NCBI GenBank assembly: GCA_964057225.1
Contig: OZ059899.1
Location: 10,044,001 to 10,108,000 of the forward strand
Reading direction: 5' to 3'
Source of the DNA: Auanema rhodensis
Lineage: Eukaryota > Animalia > Nematoda
Length of the DNA stretch: 64,000 nt
Shown one piece after another: positions 56,158-64,000 of the stretch. The position numbers and the translations under genes were made by a program. The first letter of the stretch is position 1. Each line of letters opens with the position of its first letter. A model generated the notes under the pieces. That model did no database searches. It had not been told where the DNA came from and saw only the letters and a list, made by a program, of their open reading frames with translations.

Positions 56158-57752
56158 TAAATTTTTTTCATTTCACTTGTCATTTATAAAAATCGAATTT
56201 ATCTTCTTCAACGATTATTTTTGCAATGTGTCATAAGAATTTCATAGTTGAACAAAACGTTTTTTAAGAAGTTTTTTTGTTGTCAACATATATATTTTCC
56301 TGGAATTCGAAAGCATTTGGGATGGAAATTAGAAAGAAAAGAACTAGTTTTTCCTATTTTAAAACAAACAATAAGAAATAAAATGAAAAAGATTGTTAGA
56401 TATCCAATTTAAACTTATACATTTACTTTGATAAAGAGCCTATTAGATTGAAATTTTATGTCTTACAGTTCTCCAACAGAACAGACTGATCCTGATTTTT
56501 CTACGATTACATAAAACTCTCGTTTGATATAAAAGCATATTGGATAGAAATTTCGAAAGCATTTTGGATGGAAATTAGAACGAAAAGAACTAGTTTTTTC
56601 TATTTTAAAACAAACAATAATAAACAGAATGAAAAGATTGTTAGATATCCAATTTTAACTCATACATTTACTTCGATGAAGAGCCTATTAGATTGAATTT
56701 TTATGTCTTACAGTTCTCCAACAGAACAGACTGATCCTGATTTTTCTACGATTACATAAAACTCTCGTTTGATATACAAAAAGGAGAGGAATAACGTTTC
56801 CAGGATATCAATGATATCGAATCTAGTGATATTGTAGAAAAATGTAATGTCAGCTCCATAGTTTTTCTCTTAATTTCTCTCATCACAATAGTCTTAGTTT
56901 TTTTTCATAAGAGTTTCTGAAATCTTAGTTGAACAAGGCCGTATATATTTTCCTAGAATTCGAAAGCATTTGGAATAGAAATTAGAAAGAAAAGAACTAG
57001 TTTCTTCTATTTTAAAACAAACAATAAGAAATAAAATGAAGAAGATTGTTAGATATCCAATTTGAACTTATACATTTACTTTGATAAAAAGCCTATTAGA
57101 TTGGAATTTTCTGTCTTACAGTACTCCAACAGAACAGACTGATCCTGATTTCTCTACGATTACATTAGCCTCTCGTTTGATATAAAAAAAGAAGAGGGAT
57201 AACGTTTCCAGGATATCAATGATATCGAATCTAGTGATATTGTAGAAAAATGTAATGTCAGCTCCATAGTTTTTCTCTTAATTTCTCTCATCACAATAGT
57301 CTTAGTTTTTTTTCATAAGAGTTTCTGAAATCTCAGTTGAACAAGGCCGTATATATTTTCCTAGAATTCGAAAGCATTTGGAATGGAAATTAGAAAGAAA
57401 AGAACTAGTTTCTCCTATTTTAAAACAAACAATAAGAAATAAAATGAAGAAGATTGTTAGATATCCAATTTGAACTTATACATTTACTTTGATAAAAAGC
57501 CTATTAGATTGGAATTTTCTGTCTTACAGTACTCCAACAGAACAGACTGATCCTGATTTCTCTACGATTACATTAGCCTCTCGTTTGATATAAAAAAAGA
57601 AGAGGGATAACGTTTCCAGGATATCAATGATATCGAATCTAGTGATATTGTAAAAAAATGTAATGTCAGCTCCATAGTTTTTCTCTTAATTTCTCTCATC
57701 ACAATAGTCTTAGTTTTTTTTCATAAGAGTTTCTGAAATCTTAGTTGAACAA

Positions 57753-57825
57753 GGCCGCGTGGCGCAATGGATAACGCGTCTGCCTACGGAGCAGAAGATT
57801 GTAGGTTCGAATCCTGCCGTGGTCG
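57753..57825 (+). tRNA. tRNA-Arg(ACG)
   Basis: Identical to consensus copy. Confidence 0.96.
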
Positions 57826-58358
57826 TAAATTTTTTTTATTTCACTTGTCATTTATAAAAATCGAATTTATCTTCTTCAACAATTATTTTTGCAATGTGTC
57901 ATAAGAATTTCATAGTTGAACAAAACGTTTTTTAAGAAGTTTTTTTGTTGTCAACATATATATTTTCCTGGAATTCGAAAGCATTTGGGATGGAAATTAG
58001 AACGAAAAGAACTAGTTTTTTCTATTTTAAAACAAACAATAATAAACAGAATGAAAAGATTGTTAGATATCCAATTTTAACTTATACATTTACTTCGATG
58101 AAGAGCCTATTAGATTGAATTTTTATGTCTTACAGTTCTCCAACAGAACAGACTGATTCTGATTTTTCTATGATTACATAAAACTCTCGTTTGATATACA
58201 AAAAGGAGAGGAATAACGTTTCCAGGATATCAATGATATCGAATCTAGTGATAATGTAGAAAAATATAATGTCAGCTCCATAGTTTTTCTCTTAATTTCT
58301 CTCATCACAATAGTCTTAGTTTTTTTTCATAAGAGTTTCTGAAATCTTAGTTGAACAA

Positions 58359-58431
58359 GGCCGCGTGGCGCAATGGATAACGCGTCTGCCTACGGAGCAG
58401 AAGATTGTAGGTTCGAATCCTGCCGTGGTCG
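58359..58431 (+). tRNA. tRNA-Arg(ACG)
   Basis: Identical to consensus copy. Confidence 0.96.
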
Positions 58432-59210
58432 TAAATTTTTTTCATTTCACTTGTCATTTATAAAAATCGAATTTATCTTCTTCAACGATTATTTTTGCAA
58501 TGTGTCATAAGAATTTCATAGTTGAACAAAACGTTTTTTAAGAAGTTTTTTTGTTGTCAATATATATATTTTCCTGGAATTCGAAAGCATTTGGGATGGA
58601 AATTAGAAAGAAAAGAACTAGTTTTTCCTACTTTAAAACAAACAATAAGAAATAAAATGAAAAAGATTGTTAGATATCCAATTTAAACTTGTACATTTAC
58701 TTCGATAAAGAGCCTATTAGTTTGAAATTTTATATCTTACAGTTCTCCAACAGAACAGACTGATCCTGATTTTTCTACGATTACATAAAACTCTCGTTTG
58801 ATATAAAAGCATATTGGATAGAAATTTCGAAAGCATTTTGGATGGAAATTAGAACGAAAAGAACTAGTTTTTTCTATTTTAAAACAAACAATAATAAACA
58901 GAATGAAAAGAATGTTAGATATCCAATTTTAACTTATACATTTACTTCGATGAAGAGCCTATTAGATTGAATTTTTATGTCTTACAGTTCTCCAACAGAA
59001 CAGACTGATTCTGATTTTTCTATGATTACATAAAACTCTCGTTTGATATACAAAAAGGAGAGGAATAACGTTTCCAGGATATCAATGATATCGAATCTAG
59101 TGATACTGTAGAAAAATATAATGTCAGCTCCATAGTTTTTCTCTTAATTTCTCTCATCACAATAGTCTTAGTTTTTTTTCATAAGAGTTTCTGAAATCTT
59201 AGTTGAACAA

Positions 59211-59283
59211 GGCCGCGTGGCGCAATGGATAACGCGTCTGCCTACGGAGCAGAAGATTGTAGGTTCGAATCCTGCCGTGGTCG
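59211..59283 (+). tRNA. tRNA-Arg(ACG)
   Basis: Identical to consensus copy. Confidence 0.96.
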
Positions 59284-59816
59284 TAAATTTTTTTCATTTC
59301 ACTTGTCATTTATAAAAATCGAATTTATCTTCTTCAACGATTATTTTTGCAATGTGTCATAAGAATTTCATAGTTGAACAAAACGTTTTTTAAGAAGTTT
59401 TTTTGTTGTCAATATATATATTTTCCTGGAATTCGAAAGCATTTGGGATGGAAATTAGAAAGAAACAAACTAGTTTTTCCTACTTTAAAACAAACAATGA
59501 GAAACAAAATGAAAAGATTGTTAGATATCCAATTTTAACTTATACATTTACTTCGATGAAGAGCCTATTAGATTGAAATTTTATGTCTTACAGTTCTCCA
59601 ACAGAACAGACTGATCCTGATTTCTCTATGATTACATAAAACTCTCGTTTGATATACAAAAAGGAGAGGAATAACGTTTCCAGGATATCAATGATATCGA
59701 ATCTAGTGATATTGTAGAAAAATGTAATGTCAGCTCCATAGTTTTTCTCTTAATTTCTCTCATCACAATAGTCTTAGTTTTTTTTCATAAGAGTTTCTGA
59801 AATCTTAGTTGAACAA

Positions 59817-59889
59817 GGCCGCGTGGCGCAATGGATAATGCGTCTGCCAACGGAGCAGAAGATTGTAGGTTCGAATCCTGCCGTGGTCG
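59817..59889 (+). pseudogene. tRNA-Arg(ACG) variant C23T+T33A
   Basis: GGATAATGCGTCTGCCAACGGA. Confidence 0.7.
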
Positions 59890-60668
59890 TAAATTTTTTT
59901 TATTTCACTTGTCATTTATAAAAATCGAAATTATCTTCTTCAACGATTATTTTTGCAATGTGTCATAAGAATTTCATAGTTGAACAAAACGTTTTTTAAG
60001 AAGTTTTTTTGTTGTCAACATATATATTTTCCCGGAATTCGAAAGCATTTGGGATGGAAATTAGAAAGAAAAGAACTAGTTTTTCCTACTTTAAAACAAA
60101 CAATAAGAAATAAAATGAAAAAGGTTGTTAGATATCCAATTTAAACTTATACATTTACTTTGATAAAGAGCCTATTAGATTGAAATTTTATGTCTTACAG
60201 TTCTCCAACAGAACAGACTGATCCTGATTTTTCTACGATTACATAAAACTCTCGTTTGATATGAAAGCATATTGGATAGAAATTTCGAAAGCATTTTAGA
60301 TGGAAATTAGAACGAAAAGAACTAGTTTTTTCTATTTTAAAACAAACAATAATAAACAAAATGAAAAGATTGTTAGATATCCAATTTTAACTTATACATT
60401 TAATTCGATGAAGAGCCTATTAGATTGAATTTTTATGTCTTACAGTTCTCCAACAGAACAGACTGATCCTGATTTTTCTACGATTACATAAAACTCTCAT
60501 TTGATATACAAAAAGTAGAGGAATAACGTTTCCAGGATATCAATGATATCGAATCTAGTGATATTGTAGAAAAATGTAATGTCAGCTCCATAGTTTTTCT
60601 CTTAATTTCTCTCATCACAATAGTCTTAGTTTTTTTTCATAAGAGTTTCTGAAATCTTAGTTGAACAA

Positions 60669-60741
60669 GGCCGCGTGGCGCAATGGATAACGCGTCTGCC
60701 TACGGAGCAGAAGATTGTAGGTTCGAATCCTGCCGTGGTCG
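60669..60741 (+). tRNA. tRNA-Arg(ACG)
   Basis: Identical to consensus copy. Confidence 0.96.
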
Positions 60742-61932
60742 TAAATTTTTTTCATTTCACTTGTCATTTATAAAAATCGAATTTATCTTCTTCAACGATT
60801 ATTTTTGCAATGTGTCATAAGAATTTCATAGTTGAACAAAACGTTTTTTAAGAAGTTTTTTTGTTGTCAATATATATATTTTCCTGGAATTCGAAAGCAT
60901 TTGGGATGGAAATTAGAAAGAAAAGAACTAGTTTTTCCTACTTTGAAACAAACAATAAGAAATAATATAAAAAAGATTGTTAGATATCCAATTTAAACTT
61001 ATACATTTATTTCGATAAAGAGCCTATTAGTTTGAAATTTTATGTCTTACAGTTCTCCAACAGAACAGACTGATCCTGATTTTTCTACGATTACATAAAA
61101 CTCTCGTTTGATATAAAAGCATATTGGATAGAAATTTCGAAAGCATTTGGGATGGGAATTAGAAAGAAAAGAACTAGTTTTTCCTACTTTAAAACAAACA
61201 AAAAGAAATAAAACAAAAAAAGATTGTTAGATATCCAATTTAAACTTATACATTTACTTTGATAAAGAGCCTATTAGATTGAAATTTTATGTCTTACAGT
61301 TCTCCAACAGAACAGACTGATCCTGATTTCTCTATGATTACATAAAACTCTCGTTTGATATAAAAAAAGGAGAGGAATAACGTTTCCAGGATGTCAATGA
61401 TATCGAATCTAGTGATATTGTAGAAAAATGTAATGTCAGCTCCATAGTTTTTCTCTTAATTTCTCTCATCACAATAGTCTTAGTTTTTTTTCATAAGAGT
61501 TTCTGAAATCTTAGTTGAACAAGGCAGTATATATTTTTTTCTGGAATTCGAAAGCATTTGGGATGAAAATTAGAAAGAGAAGAACTAGTTTTTCCTACTT
61601 TAAAACAAACAATAAGAAATAAAATGAAAAAGATTGTTAGATATCCAATTTAAACTTATACATTTACTTCGATAAAGAGCCTATCAGTTTGAAATTTTAT
61701 GTCTTGCAGTTCTCCAACAGAACAGACTGATCCTGATTTCTCTATGATTACATAAAACTCTCGTTTGATATACAAAAAGGAGAGGAATAACGTTTCCAGG
61801 ATATCAATGATATCGAATCTAGTGATATTGTAGAAAAATGTAATGTCAGCTCCATAGTTTTTCTCTTAATTTCTCTCATCACAATAGTCTTAGTTTTTTT
61901 TCATAAGAGTTTCTGTAATCTTAGTTGAACAA

Positions 61933-62005
61933 GGCCGCGTGGCGCAATGGATAACGCGTCTGCCTACGGAGCAGAAGATTGTAGGTTCGAATCCTGCCGT
62001 GGTCG
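61933..62005 (+). tRNA. tRNA-Arg(ACG)
   Basis: Identical to consensus copy. Confidence 0.96.
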
Positions 62006-63198
62006 TAAATTTTTTTTATTTCACTTGTCATTTATAAAAATCGAATTTATCTTCTTCAACAATTATTTTTGCAATGTGTCATAAGAATTTCATAGTTGAA
62101 CAAAACGTTTTTTAAGAAGTTTTTTTGTTGTCAATATATATATTTTCCTGGAATTCGAAAGCATTTGGGATGGAAATTAGAAAGAAAAGAACTAGTTTTT
62201 CCTACTTTAAAACAAACAATAAGAAATAAAATGAAAAAGATTGTTAGATATCCAATTTAAACTTATACATTTACTTCGATAAAGAGCCTATTAGTTTGAA
62301 ATTTTATGTCTTACAGTTCTCCAACAGAACAGACTGATCCTGATTTTTCTACGATTACATAAAACCCTCGTTTGATATAAAAGCATATTGGATAGAAATT
62401 TCGAAAGCATTTTGGAATGGAAATTAGAAAGAAAAGAACTAGTTTCTCCTATTTTAAAACAAACAATAAGAAATAAAATGAAGAAGATTGTTAGATATCC
62501 AATTTGAACTTATACATTTACTTTGATAAAAAGCCTATTAGATTGGAATTTTCTGTCTTACAGTACTCCAACAGAACAGACTGATCCTGATTTCTCTACG
62601 ATTACATTAGCCTCTCGTTTGATATAAAAAAAGAAGAGGGATAACGTTTCCAGGATATCAATGATATCGAATCTAGTGATATTGTAGAAAAATGTAATGT
62701 CAGCTCCATAGTTTTTCTCTTAATTTCTCTCATCACAATAGTCTTAGTTTTTTTTCATAAGAGTTTCTGAAATCTTAGTTGAACAAAGCAGTATATATTT
62801 CTTTCTGGAATTCGAAAGCATTTGGGATGAAAATTAGAAAGAAAAGAACTAGTTTTTCCTACTTTAAAACAAAAATTAAGAAATAAAATAAAAAAGATTG
62901 TTAGATATCCAATTTAAACTTATACATTTACTTCGATAAAGAGCCTATTAGTTTGAAATTTTATGTCTTACAGTTCTCCAACAGAACAGACTGATCCTGA
63001 TTTCTCTATGATTACATAAAACTCTCGTTTGATATAAAAAAAGGAGAGGAATAACGTTTCCAGGATATCAATGATATCCAATTTAGTGATATTGTAAAAA
63101 AATGTAATGTCAGCTCCATAGGTTTTCTCTTAATTTCTCTCATCACAATTGTCTTAGTTTTTTTTCTCATAAGAGTTTCTGAAATCTTAGTTGAACAA

Positions 63199-63271
63199 GG
63201 CCGCGTGGCGCAATGGATAACGCGTCTGCCTACGGAGCAGAAGATTGTAGGTTCGAATCCTGCCGTGGTCG
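63199..63271 (+). tRNA. tRNA-Arg(ACG)
   Basis: Identical to consensus copy. Confidence 0.96.
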
Positions 63272-64000
63272 TAAATTTTTTTCATTTCACTTGTCATTTA
63301 TAAAAATCGAATTTATCTTCTTCAACGATTATTTTTGCAATGTGTCATAAGAATTTCATAGTTGAACAAAACGTTTTTTAAGAAGTTTTTTTGTTGTCAA
63401 CATATATATTTTCCTGGAATTCGAAAGCATTTGGGATGGAAATTAGAAAGAAAAGAACTAGTTTTTCCTATTTTAAAACAAACAATAAGAAATAAAATGA
63501 AAAAGATTGTTAGATATCCAATTTAAACTTATACATTTACTTTGATAAAGAGCCTATTAGATTGAAATTTTATGTCTTACAGTTCTCCAACAGAACAGAC
63601 TGATCCTGATTTTTCTACGATTACATAAAACTCTCGTTTGATATAAAAGCATATTGGATAGAAATTTCGAAAGCATTTTGGATGGAAATTAGAACGAAAA
63701 GAACTAGTTTTTTCTATTTTAAAACAAACAATAATAAACAGAATGAAAAGATTGTTAGATATCCAATTTTAACTCATACATTTACTTCGATGAAGAGCCT
63801 ATTAGATTGAATTTTTATGTCTTACAGTTCTCCAACAGAACAGACTGATCCTGATTTTTCTACGATTACATAAAACTCTCGTTTGATATACAAAAAGGAG
63901 AGGAATAACGTTTCCAGGATATCAATGATATCGAATCTAGTGATATTGTAGAAAAATGTAATGTCAGCTCCATAGATTTTCTCTTAATTTCTCTCATCAC

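Larger units (their letters stand above)
47899..59210 (+). repeat. Near-perfect 5656-bp tandem duplication (higher-order repeat)
   Basis: tRNA starts 47899/53555, 49163/54819, 50429/56085, 52097/57753, 52703/58359 and stubs 51281/56937, 51689/57345 all differ by 5656 and share private SNPs. Confidence 0.92.
20323..63271 (+). repeat. tRNA-Arg(ACG) tandem gene cluster, 41 copies, all on the + strand
   Basis: Inter-gene spacings are sums of monomer sizes: 606 (T), 852 (T+S), 1017 (T+L), 1262-1266 (T+S+L), ~1670 (T+S+2L). Confidence 0.96.
1..64000 (+). repeat. Complex tandem satellite/tDNA array of S (~245 bp), L (~410 bp) and T (~607 bp, tRNA-bearing) monomers; runs off both window ends
   Basis: The core GAAAAGAACTAGT...TTACAGTTCTCCAACAGAACAGACTGATCCTGAT...CTCTCGTTTGATATA recurs throughout. 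Starts at 1, 410 and 655 give 409 and 245 bp; 14001, 14246 and 14491 give 245 bp; the minimum tRNA spacing is 606 bp. Confidence 0.98.

Noticed and set aside
20323-63271. CRISPR-like or integron-like repeat/cassette array
   Set aside because: Intervening sequences are themselves near-identical repeats rather than unique spacers or cassettes; no cas or integrase ORF; the tRNA is eukaryotic-type.
1-64000. 5S rRNA, spliced-leader RNA or telomeric repeats within the monomer
   Set aside because: I found no 5S-like GC-rich segment, no SL1 GGTTTAATTACCCAAGTTTGAG and no TTAGGC/TTAGGG tracts on either strand by eye; an Rfam scan of the consensus would be definitive.

Overview
The whole 64-kb window is one AT-rich, head-to-tail (+ strand) tandem array with no credible protein-coding gene. 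It is built from three related monomers that share a ~200-bp core: S (~245 bp), L (~409-410 bp) and T (~606-607 bp). T is L plus a ~199-bp cassette carrying a 73-nt eukaryotic tRNA-Arg(ACG) gene and an oligo-T Pol III terminator. Positions 1-20322 hold only tRNA-less S/L monomers. From 20323 to the end I count 41 tRNA-Arg(ACG) copies: 31 identical consensus copies, 2 mild variants and 8 probable pseudogenes. They are interleaved with tRNA-less monomers in nested higher-order repeats of 0.85 to 12.8 kb. The tRNA-less L monomers carry a GGC(A/C)G stub at the exact position of tRNA nt 1-5, and four carry the exact GGCCG. The most economical reading is a tRNA-gene array turning into satellite DNA by deletion and re-amplification, with B-box-mutant genes at the boundary. 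From memory the tRNA closely resembles nematode (Caenorhabditis-type) Arg-ACG; I could not verify this by search. All coordinates and counts were read by eye.
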